DNA of 64,000 nt, from NCBI GenBank assembly GCA_963758525.1, contig CAVWVQ010000005.1:160001-224000 (forward strand), in the 5' to 3' direction. The position numbers were made by a program, and so were the translations under genes. Positions 31,412 through 42,388 of this stretch are shown here, one piece after another (position 1 is the stretch's first letter; every line of letters starts with the position of its first letter). The notes under the pieces are model-generated. The model was not told the DNA's origin and ran no database searches. It saw nothing but the letters and a program-made list of their open reading frames with translations. The DNA comes from an uncultured Phycisphaerales bacterium (GTDB taxonomy: Bacteria > Planctomycetota > Phycisphaerae > Tepidisphaerales > Tepidisphaeraceae).

Positions 31412-31590
31412 ATGAGTCACGCTAATGACCTGAGTCACCGATCGGACACTACGAAAATAATCGGGGCTCGCGGAAATGCATGAGCGAACCGGACGGTAGC
31501 CGAGATTCCGCCGGGTTCTCGATTGCCGCACGGTCGGTGCGATGCAGCTCGGATTTGGATTTCGACGCCCGCCGGGGACACCGGCGCAGT

Positions 31591-31928
31591 TCAGGCGTTT
31601 ACAAGCTGCCGCTCGCTCTGAGCGCCGCGCAGTTGAGCGAGGGCGTAGACGGCGGCTTCACGCTCGCAGGCGCCGACTACGGTCCCGTGGCGTTCGTCGG
31701 CGGCGCGCGACGGATCGAGCGGTTCGCCAGCCGGACCCCATGTCGCCCGATAACAACCAAACATCAGGTTGTGCTTGATGGAAAGCTCGAGTCCCGCGCG
31801 GGCGAACTCCCGCTGCACGGTGAGCACGGAAGGAAAACTGCGGCCATCGGGGAGGCATCCAGATCAATCTCGCCAAAGGGGATCCAGCCGCTGTCCAGCA
31901 GACGATCTACCGCATATTCCAGATTCAT
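31591..31928 (-). CDS. Small hypothetical protein; frameshift near 31857
   Basis: RBS GGAGGAG; MNLEYAVDRLLDSGW... joins LPDGRSFPSVLTVQREF...EAAVYALAQLR after one missing base. Confidence 0.65.
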
Positions 31929-32060
31929 ATTGCTCCTCCCAGACACCCCCCAACATGAGTTCGATCCGGCATGATGATATCGGCCGCTAAAGGGGGGTAG
32001 CAAGCAAAATAGGGGAGGAATCGAGGTATTTTTCCCTGGCGGACCGACGTGCGGCGGTCC

Positions 32061-32474
32061 TCAGCAAGGAAAATTTTCGTGAATCAAATGCAGCAAATGC
32101 TCAAAATTGATCGGCTTGCGCAGATACCCAAGATGATTCTCCTGGATCTGCCAACGCAGGTCGGGCGAATCATTGGCGGTAATCAGAACGGCAAAGACCC
32201 CCGCATCCCGTTCGCGAAGCTGAGCGATCAAGTCCAGACCGTCCATTCCCGGGAGGTTCAAATCGACCAAAGCCAACGCTGGGCGGTCACCCCGATTGGA
32301 GTCGAGCAAGCGTAGGGCATCCTCTGCCGACCCGGCGGCTCGAATCTGGTGCCCGGCCGCGCGAAGCAGAGCGGCCAATGCCCGCCTTGATGCCCGTTCG
32401 TCCTCGACTAAAAGGATCGAAAGCGGCCGGGTTGCGGGTTCAGTTTCGAGGGATTTGCCCAAGGTTGCCAACAT
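32061..32474 (-). CDS. Single-domain response regulator (receiver)
   Basis: ILLVEDE, LVDLNLPGMDG, LITA, YLRKP. Confidence 0.88.
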   Translation of the reverse strand: MLATLGKSLETEPATRPLSILLVEDERASRRALAALLRAAGHQIRAAGSAEDALRLLDSNRGDRPALALVDLNLPGMDGLDLIAQLRERDAGVFAVLITANDSPDLRWQIQENHLGYLRKPINFEHLLHLIHENFPC

Positions 32475-32611
32475 GAAGCCTACAAGCCGCAAAGACTGTG
32501 CCGACTCCAGCGGCCATCGTGCCGCTCTGGCGACGGAGCGTCCGATAACGTATTCTCTCTTGACATCAATTGGGGCGGTGACAAAAGCAGACGCAAGCAG
32601 GATACATTTGC

Positions 32612-33949
32612 ATGGATGTGGCACCTGACGCTCAGACTGGCAGAAACTGGAGGAAGCAACGCGGCTCGCGCACCGATCATCGGTCGCGCAGCCATGACTC
32701 CGCCCACGCCGAGGGTGACGATTCCGCGGCGCAGAATAAACCGATGGAACATCCGATGGTGCCGCGCGGTGAAGCGGCGCTGATCACGTCCGCTGACTCG
32801 CTGTCGCAGTTGATCGAACGATTGCGCACCGTCGGCAGCTTCGCGTACGACAGCGAGTTCATCGGAGAGCTCACGTATTTCCCAAAACTTTGCCTGATTC
32901 AGGTTGCATCGTGCGAGGAGATCGCGCTGATCGATCCGCTGGCAAATCTCTCGTTGACGCCATTCTGGGATTTGCTATGCGATCCGGGCGTTGAAAAGAT
33001 CGTGCACGCCGGCTCGCAGGACATCGAGCCGGTCGTGCGCCACACGGGCCGTACCGCGGCGAACATCTTTGACACGCAGGTCTCCGCCGGCTTCGCATCA
33101 ATGCCATACCCGGTGTCGCTCTCCAAACTGGTGATGGAACTGACCGGGGCGCGCCTGGGGAAGGGGCTCACTTTTTCGCATTGGGACAAGCGGCCGCTCT
33201 CAGCAATGCAATTGCGATACGCAGCCGATGACGTGCGATATCTTCCGCTGGTGCGGCAGAAAATTGGCGATCGTCTTCGGGCGCTGGGCCACGAGCACTG
33301 GGCCGCGGAGCAATGCGCGGCGTTGTGCGATGTCACGGTCTATCGCTTTGATCCGGCGACGCAGTACGCGCGCGTTCGCGGAGCCGCGTCATTGCTGCCG
33401 AGAAATCTGGCGGTGCTGCGGGAGCTGACGGCATGGCGCGACGCATCGGCCCGGGCGCACGACGTTCCGCCGCGGACATTCCTGCGCGACGAGGTGATGC
33501 TTGAGCTGGCTCGCAATCCGGTGAAGTCGGTGGAGAAGCTCGATCGCGTCCGCGGGCTGCCGCGTCCGGTGGAACATGCGCACGGGGCGCAGATCGTGGA
33601 AATGACACTGCGGGCGCTGGCGCTTCCCGCGGCCGAGCTTCCTCCGCCGCGCGACGCCGAGCCTTCCCCAGGGGAGAAATTCTCCGCCGAGGCGCTCTGG
33701 GCCGCGGCCCAGTGCTTGTGCGCCGGAAAGTCGATCGATCCTGGCGTGGCGACAGACCGCCAGGAGGTCGGTGAGTTCGTGCGCGCGTTTCATTCCAAGG
33801 GTCTCCAGTCACATCGTTTGATGACCGGCTGGCGCTGCGAAGCGATCGGAGCTGATCTGGCGGCACTGCTCGCCGGCACCGCGCGTTTGGAGCTCTCGTG
33901 GTCGGAGGGTTTGTTGAAGGCTCAGGTGACGCCGAAATCCAACCCTTGA
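32612..33949 (+). CDS. rnd: Ribonuclease D family (3'-5' exonuclease plus HRDC)
   Basis: AYDSEF, LCLIQVA, KIVHA..QD, IFDTQ, W.KRPLS..QLRYAADDV, HRDC segment WRD..AR..DVPP. Confidence 0.88.
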   Translation: MDVAPDAQTGRNWRKQRGSRTDHRSRSHDSAHAEGDDSAAQNKPMEHPMVPRGEAALITSADSLSQLIERLRTVGSFAYDSEFIGELTYFPKLCLIQVASCEEIALIDPLANLSLTPFWDLLCDPGVEKIVHAGSQDIEPVVRHTGRTAANIFDTQVSAGFASMPYPVSLSKLVMELTGARLGKGLTFSHWDKRPLSAMQLRYAADDVRYLPLVRQKIGDRLRALGHEHWAAEQCAALCDVTVYRFDPATQYARVRGAASLLPRNLAVLRELTAWRDASARAHDVPPRTFLRDEVMLELARNPVKSVEKLDRVRGLPRPVEHAHGAQIVEMTLRALALPAAELPPPRDAEPSPGEKFSAEALWAAAQCLCAGKSIDPGVATDRQEVGEFVRAFHSKGLQSHRLMTGWRCEAIGADLAALLAGTARLELSWSEGLLKAQVTPKSNP

Positions 33950-33974
33950 CGCATGCCGCGAAAATTTCGATTTG

Positions 33975-35054
33975 CTACTGGCGACTTGAGCCGTTGAGCG
34001 ACAGCAGCGAGTCGATCCCCGTCGCATCGCTGACGATCTGGATCCGGTATCGGTAGCGGCGCACGCCCCCAGCCTCAATGAAATCGAGTTGGTTTGTCGC
34101 ACGGTCGCGCCAGCGGCCGTCGATGGTTCCGTTCATCGGCTCCAGCGCCGTGACATACTCGCCCGGACCAAAGTGCTGCCAGTTGCCGCAGCGGGGGAAT
34201 TGCCTGGTGTTGTAGTGAACCGCCGCGCCCAGGCCGAGCGAGCGATTGACGATGCCGACCGTGGTTCGGCCGGCGGCGTCGATCGGGCGCGGAAAAAGAT
34301 ACGCAACGGCCGAGTCGGGGCCGCGATGGGATTCGAGCGGAGCCGTGACGCGCTTATAGTCGATCGAATCCTTGAACCGCGCGATCGAAGCCGCCGCCTC
34401 GGTCGGCTGCACCCGTGGCGAATCGAAACAAAGCTCCGCCCCCTCGTCGACCAGCGGATACCCGAAGTTGATGTGAAGGAGCCAGGCGTGCGGAGCCGGC
34501 TGGTTTCCCAGGTTGCGAAATTCATCGATCACATCGATCGCGTTCCCGCCTAATGGCGACGCGATGGTCCGCCGTAGTTCCAGACACGGGCCGTAAAGTC
34601 CGCCGTAACGGACGACGCCGGTGATCGACATTGTCGGTCTGTTTGATTGCACATCTGGCTGATGCACCGCTTCCAGCGCCGCCGCGGAGTTGGAATGGGG
34701 CCCGTGCAGGCCCAATTCTTCGTCACCGTCCTGACCCGGTGGCCCAATATTCGTGGGGCCGCAACTGGTGAGCAGTCCGCCGGGAAATCCCTTGAGCCAG
34801 TCGAGCCCGCGGTCCAGCCCCTGACTCGCGGTGGTGGGGCCTTTGTGCGTGAGAAAGCAGATGCTGTGTTGGTTGAAGAAGGCCTGGTCAATATCGAGCC
34901 CGCGGTCGACCAGCACGCGATAACGCAGTCCTGCGCCGGTGTTGACACACAGTGCCCGCACCCCGCGCCCGGCCCCGTCGTCTATCGTGTAGCGCTCGAT
35001 TCCGCCGATCTGGCTGGTATTGATGAATCTATCGGGTTTGAAATGTCGGCTCAT
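33975..35054 (-). CDS. Aldose 1-epimerase-like protein (DUF4432 family)
   Basis: G.GRGVR, TGAGLRY.VL.DRGLDI, GGLLTSCG, LHG, HINFGYPL, YVTALEP. Confidence 0.8.
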   Translation of the reverse strand: MSRHFKPDRFINTSQIGGIERYTIDDGAGRGVRALCVNTGAGLRYRVLVDRGLDIDQAFFNQHSICFLTHKGPTTASQGLDRGLDWLKGFPGGLLTSCGPTNIGPPGQDGDEELGLHGPHSNSAAALEAVHQPDVQSNRPTMSITGVVRYGGLYGPCLELRRTIASPLGGNAIDVIDEFRNLGNQPAPHAWLLHINFGYPLVDEGAELCFDSPRVQPTEAAASIARFKDSIDYKRVTAPLESHRGPDSAVAYLFPRPIDAAGRTTVGIVNRSLGLGAAVHYNTRQFPRCGNWQHFGPGEYVTALEPMNGTIDGRWRDRATNQLDFIEAGGVRRYRYRIQIVSDATGIDSLLSLNGSSRQ

Positions 35055-35142
35055 CGTTTTCGTCACTTTGTGGTTGTGAGCGTACAATAACGCCAGCGGC
35101 CGCCTCGGCCAATTGATTTTCCGGATCTGTCAGGAGTTGAAC

Positions 35143-35376
35143 GTGCCAATTTACGAATACACCTGTGATGCATGCGGCGAAAGCTTTGAGCAACTTGTGT
35201 GGAGCATGAATGGCGAGCACAAAGTGCCTTGTCCGAAATGCGCATCCGACAAGACGAAACGCGCGCTGAGTGTGTTTGCCGTTGCCAGTGAATCGGGCAG
35301 TCGGAGCGGCGAATCCGCCGGCCCAGGAATGTGCGGGCGCTGCGGTGGCCCGGGACCCTGCGCGAGCGGGGATTAG
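35143..35376 (+). CDS. FmdB family zinc ribbon protein
   Basis: RBS AGGAG, GTG start; PIYEYTCDACG..FE, CPKC.S; extra C-terminal CGRCGGPGPC. Confidence 0.88.
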   Translation: MPIYEYTCDACGESFEQLVWSMNGEHKVPCPKCASDKTKRALSVFAVASESGSRSGESAGPGMCGRCGGPGPCASGD

Positions 35377-35443
35377 TAGAAGCGGTTTCCAAACCCTCCA
35401 ATCCGCTCGCGACGCCGAGTCCCGATACTCCCAAGGCTCGGAT

Positions 35444-37507
35444 TTATCTCGCGGCCTTTCGTGCGCCGCGCTTGGGCGTTTTGGGACGCCAGATCTTATT
35501 TTCTTCGGAAGGGGGGATGCTGTCTGAACCGCTTTTGATGGTCGGCGCCCCGGCGATTTCCTTGAGCTTGTCGCGTAACTGCGCGGCGCGTTCGAATTCG
35601 AGATTCTTGGCCGCTTCAAGCATTTCCTCTTCCAACAGACGCACCAGTTCCGTCTGATCGTATTCTGTGCTGCCGGAATGAATGGCTTCCTGGGCGACCC
35701 GGCGAGCCTTGGACTCGGATTCCAGCGAGGCGTGGATTGCCTTCTTGACCGTCTGCGGGGTGATTCCATGCTCGGCGTTGTACGCAAGCTGCAGCACCTT
35801 GCGCCGCGCCGTCTCATCGATCGCCTTCTGCATGGCCGGCGTCACGGTGTCGGCATAGAGAATGACTTTCGCGTTCACGTTTCGCGCGGCACGGCCGATC
35901 ATTTGGATGATGGACGTCTCGCTGCGGAGAAACCCTGCCTTGTCGGCGTCGAGAATCGCCACCATCGACACTTCCGGCAAATCGAGCCCCTCGCGCAGCA
36001 GATTCACGCCCACAAGCACATCGAAGTTGCCCTGCCGCAGTTCGTTGAGAATTTCCACGCGCTCGAGCGTTTGGATTTCGCTGTGCAGATACCGGCATTT
36101 GAAGCCGGCCTCCTGGATGTAGGCGCTCAGATCCTCCGCCAAACGCTTGGTGAGCGTTGTCACGAGCACGCGCTCGCCCGCGGCGGAGCGGGCGCCGATC
36201 TGCGCCAGAAGATGCGGCACCTGCCCCTGCGCCGGTTGGACCAGAATCTCGGGGTCTACAAGGCCGGTGGGGCGGATGACCTGCTCGACCACCTCACCGC
36301 CGCAGTTTTCCAGCTCGACTTTGCCCGGGGTCGCGGAAACGTAAAGGACCTGGTTCCACATCTGCTCGAATTCTTCATATTTTAGTGGTCGGTTATCCAT
36401 CGCGCTGGGCAAGCGGAAGCCGTGATCCACCAGCACCTGCTTGCGCTGTTGATCTCCGTTGTACATTGCCTTGATCTGCGGAATCGTCACATGCGATTCG
36501 TCGAGGATCAGCAGGAAGTCCTTGGGGAAATAATCGATGAGGGTATATGGCTTTTGCCCCGGCTGGCGGCCGTCCAGGTGCCGGCTGTAATTCTCGATGC
36601 CGGAGCAAACGCCCACTTCCGCCATCATCTCCAGGTCATATCTCGTTCGCGCCAGCAGCCGTTGAGCTTCCAGCAGCTTTCCCTCTCCGCGCAATGTCAT
36701 GACGCGCAGATCCAGTTCCTGCTTGATCGATTCCAACGCGCCGGCAAGCTTGTCCTCCGGCATCACATAATGGACGGCGGGGTAGATGAACAGTTGCTCT
36801 TCGCTTTTGAGCAATTCGCCGGTGAGGGGGTTGATGGCGTCAATGTTGGTAACCTGGTCGCCGAAAAACTCGATGCGATAGGCGAAGTCCTCGTACGCGG
36901 GGTGCAATTCGACGACGTCGCCGCGCACGCGGAACGTGGCGCGCTTGAAGTCGATGTCGTTGCGGGTGTACTGCAGGTCGATCAGCTTGCGGAGCATCTC
37001 ATCACGATCTGTTTCAACATCCTTGCGGATCGGCAGAACGCTCTTTTGATATTCCATGGGCGAGCCGAGCCCGAAGATGCAGCTCACCGACGACACCAGC
37101 AGCACGTCACGCCGGCTGACGAGATTGCTGGTGGCAGAAAGACGAAGCCGATCCAGATCGTCGTTGCGGCTGGCGTCTTTCTCGATGTAAATGTCGCGCT
37201 GCGGGATGTACGCCTCCGGCTGGTAATAGTCGTAATAGCTGACGAAATAGCCGACGGCATTGTGCGGGAAGAGATCCTTGAACTCCTCGTACAGTTGTGC
37301 GGCAAGCGTCTTATTATGACTGATGACCAGCGTCGGCCGATTGACCCGCGCGATGGTTTGCGCCATCGTGAATGTCTTGCCCGACCCGGTGACTCCCATC
37401 AGCGTCTGAAATTTCCGGCCCGAGTTGAGACCCGTCACGAGCTGCTCGATCGCCGCCGGCTGATCGCCTTGCGGAGCGTAGGGACTGACGACCTTAAAAT
37501 CCGGCAT
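35444..37507 (-). CDS. uvrB: Excinuclease ABC subunit B
   Basis: [51 protein letters not shown]-terminal UVR domain. Confidence 0.98.
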   Translation of the reverse strand: MPDFKVVSPYAPQGDQPAAIEQLVTGLNSGRKFQTLMGVTGSGKTFTMAQTIARVNRPTLVISHNKTLAAQLYEEFKDLFPHNAVGYFVSYYDYYQPEAYIPQRDIYIEKDASRNDDLDRLRLSATSNLVSRRDVLLVSSVSCIFGLGSPMEYQKSVLPIRKDVETDRDEMLRKLIDLQYTRNDIDFKRATFRVRGDVVELHPAYEDFAYRIEFFGDQVTNIDAINPLTGELLKSEEQLFIYPAVHYVMPEDKLAGALESIKQELDLRVMTLRGEGKLLEAQRLLARTRYDLEMMAEVGVCSGIENYSRHLDGRQPGQKPYTLIDYFPKDFLLILDESHVTIPQIKAMYNGDQQRKQVLVDHGFRLPSAMDNRPLKYEEFEQMWNQVLYVSATPGKVELENCGGEVVEQVIRPTGLVDPEILVQPAQGQVPHLLAQIGARSAAGERVLVTTLTKRLAEDLSAYIQEAGFKCRYLHSEIQTLERVEILNELRQGNFDVLVGVNLLREGLDLPEVSMVAILDADKAGFLRSETSIIQMIGRAARNVNAKVILYADTVTPAMQKAIDETARRKVLQLAYNAEHGITPQTVKKAIHASLESESKARRVAQEAIHSGSTEYDQTELVRLLEEEMLEAAKNLEFERAAQLRDKLKEIAGAPTIKSGSDSIPPSEENKIWRPKTPKRGARKAAR

Positions 37508-37573
37508 GCGTACCTCGCGTTCGGCTGAAATGTTCGCATATATCATAGGATCGTGCCGTGGCACGGGCAGCAT

Positions 37574-37966
37574 TCAGGGCTTGCGAACCGGCCGCGTCGT
37601 TGGAGGAAACAAGAGATACGGCTCCAGATTCGCAGCTGTCGACGGGCCGATCCCCTTGATGCGCGTCAGATCCATGGCTGCGCGAAACACCATTTTGCCG
37701 CGTCCGCTGGCGATGGCCTTCTCCCGATACGCGACGATCAGATGTGCTCGTTTTTCCCCGAGGGATGGAATTGCGGCAAGTGTTTGCCAGTCGGCGGTGT
37801 TGGGATCAATCCGATTTGCCAGCTCATCGGCGCGCGGCGAGGGAACATCGATTCCCTCCGGCAAATACGCCCGGTCGCGTGCCCATCGCACCACCAGCAT
37901 GAGCCAGACGCATCCGCCCAAAAGAAGCAGTGCGCGACGTTGCGGCCTGTTCCAGAAGGGAAACAT
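37574..37966 (-). CDS. ComEA-like helix-hairpin-helix DNA-binding protein with N-terminal TM
   Basis: IDPNTA....L..IPSLGEKRA..IV.YRE, DL.RIKGIGP.T. Confidence 0.85.
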   Translation of the reverse strand: MFPFWNRPQRRALLLLGGCVWLMLVVRWARDRAYLPEGIDVPSPRADELANRIDPNTADWQTLAAIPSLGEKRAHLIVAYREKAIASGRGKMVFRAAMDLTRIKGIGPSTAANLEPYLLFPPTTRPVRKP

Positions 37967-37982
37967 TCAGACGCGGCCCGTT

Positions 37983-39497
37983 CTATTTTTTCGGTGAGGA
38001 GTCGCGTTTGATCTTGTCACGGAGCATCTGCAGCTTCTGGAAAGCGGGCTTGGGACGCAGCGATTCATCGAGCAAGCCTCCGCCAGGCAGCACCTGCCGG
38101 ATGTCGGCAAGACTGGACCAGGCAATCGACTCGACGAAAGGCTTGCTCATCGCGACCTGATAGACGGCTTCCATCCACTCTGCCTGCAGAGTGGGATCCC
38201 ACGGCCTGCGCCATCGCCCTGCGATGGAAGGATCGCGATGCCCTTCGGAGACATCGTCCGGGTCGGGAGTCGACCTTCCCGGCACGCCCACTGCCGTAAT
38301 GAATACCGGCCGGCCCAGCGTCGCGAAACGATCCAGCAGGCAGCTCAATTGAAACAAGTCGCGTGTGAACATGCCCTGCGAAGGAACACCGAGCTCCAGT
38401 TCAAGGCCGAAGGCTTCGAAGTTGATGCCGGCCTGCGCGACCATCTCCGCGTAGAGAATCGGTGGAACGCTGGTGCGCCCGCGAGCGTGATATTCGCCGA
38501 ACGGCTGGGTGATGGTGACCATCGTGCGGGCGTTGGGAATCAACGTTTTCACCTGGGAAACCAGCAGCCGCGTCAACTCGATCACCTGCTCGAAGTTGAG
38601 GGTGAAAGCCGCGTTGGTCGGCAATCCCGCAACGACGTTCCACGCGGAAACGGCCCGCCGATAGCGCTGCACGACCTTCTGCACAAACTCGTAGGACATC
38701 TCGCGCAGCATGTCGAAGTCGTGTTCCCAGATGACCATCCAGTCGGGAACCGTCGCCTCGTCGAGTCGAACAATCGGGCCCATCACGGTCGGCACGCGGC
38801 GCTTGGCCAACAGCTCCACCCATTCATCCAGGGCTTCGCTGTTGAACGCGTGCTCCTCCGGCTGAAGCTGCTTCCACGGGACAGGGACAGCGATGTAGTC
38901 GAACTGCGTGGTAGCCGCCTCACGGTATTTCTCGCTGCGCACCTGCGGATCGATTCGCGCTCCGAAAATGTGCTTCACAAATCCGTTGGCGGCTCGACGC
39001 CGATTCAAAAACAGATCGGCGTGAAAAATTGCCAGTTGTTCGGACACTTCCATCGCCAGTTCCAGAGCCCGGTCGGCGAGCTTCGAGGCTTCGCCCGGTT
39101 GGTCGAGCTTGCCCAGCGCCTCGGCGAAAATATTCTGAGCTTCCAGGAACTTCTGCGTGTGTTTCTCGATTTTCGGGAAATCGAACAGGTTCCAGTCTTC
39201 CTGCTTCTGCATGATCTTCATCAGGCGGAAACGGGCCAATTCGATGTTGAGGTTGTAAGGCTTGTCGCGCGACTGAAGACGCGTGGTCTCCAGCACGAAG
39301 CTTCCCTGCGAGCCCACGTCCCACAGGAGCGAAAGCCCGCTGGCATGCTCGTCGCGGCGGCTGAGGACCAGAAGTCCCTCGCGGAAAGAGATGTCACCGG
39401 AAATCGGCACGCTCTCCGGGCCGACGGCGGTCGCCGCAGTCGGCTCGAAGGACATGACCCGGCTGCCTTCGCGATAGATCTCAAACTTCAGTGCCAT
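37983..39497 (-). CDS. GH10 (endo-1,4-beta-xylanase)-like TIM barrel protein, apparently lacking both catalytic glutamates
   Basis: W..LQPEE..FN, VPDW, V.RY...V.AWNVV, LDRFA.LG.PVFIT, GLLD....PKPA. Confidence 0.7.
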   Translation of the reverse strand: MALKFEIYREGSRVMSFEPTAATAVGPESVPISGDISFREGLLVLSRRDEHASGLSLLWDVGSQGSFVLETTRLQSRDKPYNLNIELARFRLMKIMQKQEDWNLFDFPKIEKHTQKFLEAQNIFAEALGKLDQPGEASKLADRALELAMEVSEQLAIFHADLFLNRRRAANGFVKHIFGARIDPQVRSEKYREAATTQFDYIAVPVPWKQLQPEEHAFNSEALDEWVELLAKRRVPTVMGPIVRLDEATVPDWMVIWEHDFDMLREMSYEFVQKVVQRYRRAVSAWNVVAGLPTNAAFTLNFEQVIELTRLLVSQVKTLIPNARTMVTITQPFGEYHARGRTSVPPILYAEMVAQAGINFEAFGLELELGVPSQGMFTRDLFQLSCLLDRFATLGRPVFITAVGVPGRSTPDPDDVSEGHRDPSIAGRWRRPWDPTLQAEWMEAVYQVAMSKPFVESIAWSSLADIRQVLPGGGLLDESLRPKPAFQKLQMLRDKIKRDSSPKK

Positions 39498-39654
39498 AAG
39501 CGGTTGGCCGAATCAGACGTGAAAACGCCTGCCTGGGCATCGTATGCGCCATCTTAGCAGAGAGCAGGCGCGGGACAAACGGGATTGCACATTGCCGCCG
39601 ATCGAAGCTAACCGAAGCCGGGTGATTGGAACGGGACAGGAGAGGGGAATACGG

Positions 39655-39854
39655 GAGGGACAAAGGGACGAAGGGACGAAGGGACGAAGGGACAGAGGGA
39701 CGAAGGGACAGAGGGACAGAGGGACAGAGGGACAGAGGGACAGAGGGACAGAGGGACAGAGGGACAGAGGGACAGAGGGACAGAGGGACAGAGGGACGAA
39801 GGGACGGAGGGACAAAGGGACGAAGGGACAAAGGGACAGAGGGGCGAAGTGCCG
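39655..39854 (+). repeat. Octamer tandem repeat RAGGGACR, 23 units plus 2 degenerate
   Basis: GAGGGACA/AAGGGACG units from 39655 to 39838, in the divergent spacer between the GH10-like gene and purC. Confidence 0.95.
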
Positions 39855-39979
39855 AAGTGAGAAGACAGCAGACAAGGTCCGATGCCGACCTTGCCGGCGA
39901 CACGGTCGTGGCTTGCCCTTCGCGGACTCTTCAGCCCCGACGCTGGAACGCCAGGCAGCGCGGGGCTATTTTGCAGGAG

Positions 39980-40882
39980 ATGAATCCTGCTCTTCTCTCC
40001 ACGGACCTTCCCTTCCCGGTGCGACGAGGGAAGGTGCGCGATGTCTACGATCTGGGTCAGACGCTGCTGATCGTCGCGACCGATCGCATCAGCGCGTTTG
40101 ACGTCGTCATGCCAAACGGCATCCCCGACAAGGGTAAAATGTTAACGGCACTGAGCCTGTTCTGGTTTGAAAAGTTTGCCGGCGAATTTCCCAACCATCT
40201 CCTGGCGACGGAGGTAAACGATTATCCCAAAAGCCTGCATGACTATCGCGATCAGATAGCCGGCAGATCGATGCTGGTGCGCAAGGCGGAGGTGGTGCCG
40301 ATCGAATGCGTCGCGCGCGGATATCTGGCCGGATCGGGGTGGAAGGAGTACCGCCAAAACAGCACCGTTTGCGGCATTCGCCTTCCCGCGGGCCTCAGGC
40401 AATGCGAGCAGCTTGCCACGCCGATCTTCACGCCGGCCACGAAGGAAAACACCGGGCACGACATCAACGTTTCGTTTGAGGAAGCCGCCCGCAGCGCGGG
40501 CGCCGAGGTGATGAAGGAGCTTCGTGATCGGACGATTCGTCTTTACACGCAGGCGGCCCAGTATGCGCGCACCCGCGGTGTCATTATCGCCGACACGAAG
40601 TTCGAATTTGGAAAGCTCCCCGACGGCAGTTTAATTTTGATCGACGAAGTGCTCACCCCCGACAGCAGCCGATTCTGGCCCGCCGATCGGTACGAGCCCG
40701 GCCGCGACCAGGAGAGCTTCGACAAGCAATTCGTGCGCAACTGGCTGGAGCGCCAACCGTGGGACAAGACACCGCCTGCGCCGATGCTGCCGACCGAAGT
40801 GGTTGAGGGAACTCGAAAGAGATACATGGAAGCAGTTGAGCGGTTGGCGGGGAAGTCGTTTACGTCATGCGCGGTCGGGTGA
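39980..40882 (+). CDS. purC: Phosphoribosylaminoimidazole-succinocarboxamide synthase
   Basis: RBS AGGAG; GKVRDVY, ATDRISAFD, ECVARGYLAGSGW, IADTKFEFG, DEVLTPDSSRFW, DKQFVR. Confidence 0.97.
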   Translation: MNPALLSTDLPFPVRRGKVRDVYDLGQTLLIVATDRISAFDVVMPNGIPDKGKMLTALSLFWFEKFAGEFPNHLLATEVNDYPKSLHDYRDQIAGRSMLVRKAEVVPIECVARGYLAGSGWKEYRQNSTVCGIRLPAGLRQCEQLATPIFTPATKENTGHDINVSFEEAARSAGAEVMKELRDRTIRLYTQAAQYARTRGVIIADTKFEFGKLPDGSLILIDEVLTPDSSRFWPADRYEPGRDQESFDKQFVRNWLERQPWDKTPPAPMLPTEVVEGTRKRYMEAVERLAGKSFTSCAVG

Positions 40883-41051
40883 TTGGTGATTGGAACGTGA
40901 CAGAAAGAAGATGCGCAAAAACGCGCGACGGACGCAGGACCTGCGGAATTCGAACTGGACTCGAACTCGCCTACACCATCCGCCGTGGCTTGCCCTTCGC
41001 GGCAGCGAAGATCCAATCCGCGTTCCTCGCGCGCCCACCGAAAAATCGCGG

Positions 41052-42010
41052 CTACGGCACCAACACAATCTTCCCCCGCGCCCCGTTCAGCAGAATCAGC
41101 TCATGAGCCCGGGCGGCCTCCGCGAGCGGCAATTCTCTGGCGACAACGGGACGAAGTGAGCGATTTTCCAGACCGGCGATGATCGCGGCATGAATTTCCG
41201 TCAGTTGCTCCTCGGTGGCGTTCATGAGTGACATGCCGCGAATGTCGGCGTTGCGCGTCATCGTGCCGCGCGGATCGATTTCGATTGGGCCGCGGCTGCC
41301 AATCACAATGACGCGGCCGTTCCTTGCCAGGACATCAAGGTCCTTCCCGAGATTGAGGTGGGCCGCCATCTCCAGAATCAGATCGACGCCCTTGCCCTTC
41401 GTCAGCTCCATCAGCTTCGCGAGATAGCCGTTGGCGCGGTGATCGAGCACAAAGTCGGCTCCTTGATCCGCGACGATATCACGTCCCTCATCGGTTCCCG
41501 CGGTGCCGATGATCGTGCAGCCCAGAGGGCGGGCGAGTTGCACGGCTGCAATTCCGACGCCGCCCGACGCGCCGTGGATGAGCAACGTTTCGCCGGCGCG
41601 CACCGCGCCCGGAGAAACAGCCCATAGTATGCGGTGGCGTATGGCACGCCCAACGCGGCCCCTTGCGCAAATGTGACATGCGCCGGAAGGGGATGAACGC
41701 TCTGCGCAGAACAGAGCGCCTTTTGGGCATAGGCTCCGCTGATCGTCGACGCAGTGTAGACCCGATCGCCCGGCTTCACGCGGGTCACTTCAGTGCCAAT
41801 CGCCTCGACGATCCCCGCCGCGTCCGAGCCTGGCGTATAGGGAAAAGTGCGGGGGCCATACTTGCCGGTGCGGATATAGGTCTCGACCGGATTGACGCCG
41901 GCGGCGCTGATCTGCACGAGGACCTGTCCCGCCGCCGGCTGGGGGTCGGGGACATCCTCGAGCTTCAGTTCCTCCGGGCCGCCGAAGCGGTGAACGCGAA
42001 TCGCCTTCAT
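41052..42010 (-). CDS. NADPH:quinone reductase (zeta-crystallin/Qor family); frameshift near 41608
   Basis: MKAI....FGGPE.L, GVNPVE, PG.D.AG; after the shift LIHGASGGVG and GKIVL. Confidence 0.88.
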
Positions 42011-42388
42011 TCAGCCTCCGGTTCTCCGCGGGACGCCGGATCGGTTGACGTCGGCTCCAAAGGTCTGACCGCGGCTTCTCTGGTTTTGCGCGCCGAAGGT
42101 CTGACCGCTCTTTTTGTTTGGCGCCGTGCTTTGGATGAATCCCGAGACGCCGCCGCCGGCGGGCTTGCTCAGACCTTCCTTCAGCCGTTTGAACGCCGCA
42201 CTCTCAGCGTGCTCGCCGGTCGCGGTCGCAGGCGAACCGTGCGCGACCATCTTCGCCGCTGCGGCGGCGGCAAGGGATGTATCGATCGGGCTGGGCTTTT
42301 GAGCTGCCGCTGGTTTCTTTTCCGCAGGCGCCTCGGCTTTGCTCTTTGCCGCCGCGCCGGACTTCTTTCCTTTTTTCGTTTCCGCCAT
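42011..42388 (-). CDS. Lys/Ala-rich low-complexity hypothetical protein
   Basis: RBS GGAGA; MAETKKGKKSGAAAKSKAEAPAEKK. Its stop abuts the qor-like start (TGA-ATG). Confidence 0.7.
   Translation of the reverse strand: MAETKKGKKSGAAAKSKAEAPAEKKPAAAQKPSPIDTSLAAAAAAKMVAHGSPATATGEHAESAAFKRLKEGLSKPAGGGVSGFIQSTAPNKKSGQTFGAQNQRSRGQTFGADVNRSGVPRRTGG

Noticed and set aside
39526..39540. CGCCTGCCTGGGCA resembling the 3' end of a ZTP (pfl) riboswitch upstream of purC
   Set aside because: The 5' aptamer half (GACTGGCG...GGTGG..CCAC.GGGGAGC) is absent, and the site is about 440 nt from purC.
39626..39979. Repetitive N-terminal extension of PurC (RDRGTEGQ repeats)
   Set aside because: It is translation of the octamer array, which has no stops. 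PurC homology and an AGGAG RBS point to ATG 39980.
42011..42040. C-terminal RRTGG as a Pup/UBact-like tag
   Set aside because: It lacks the terminal E/Q, no proteasome or ligase genes are nearby, and GGA GGC doubles as the RBS of the next gene.
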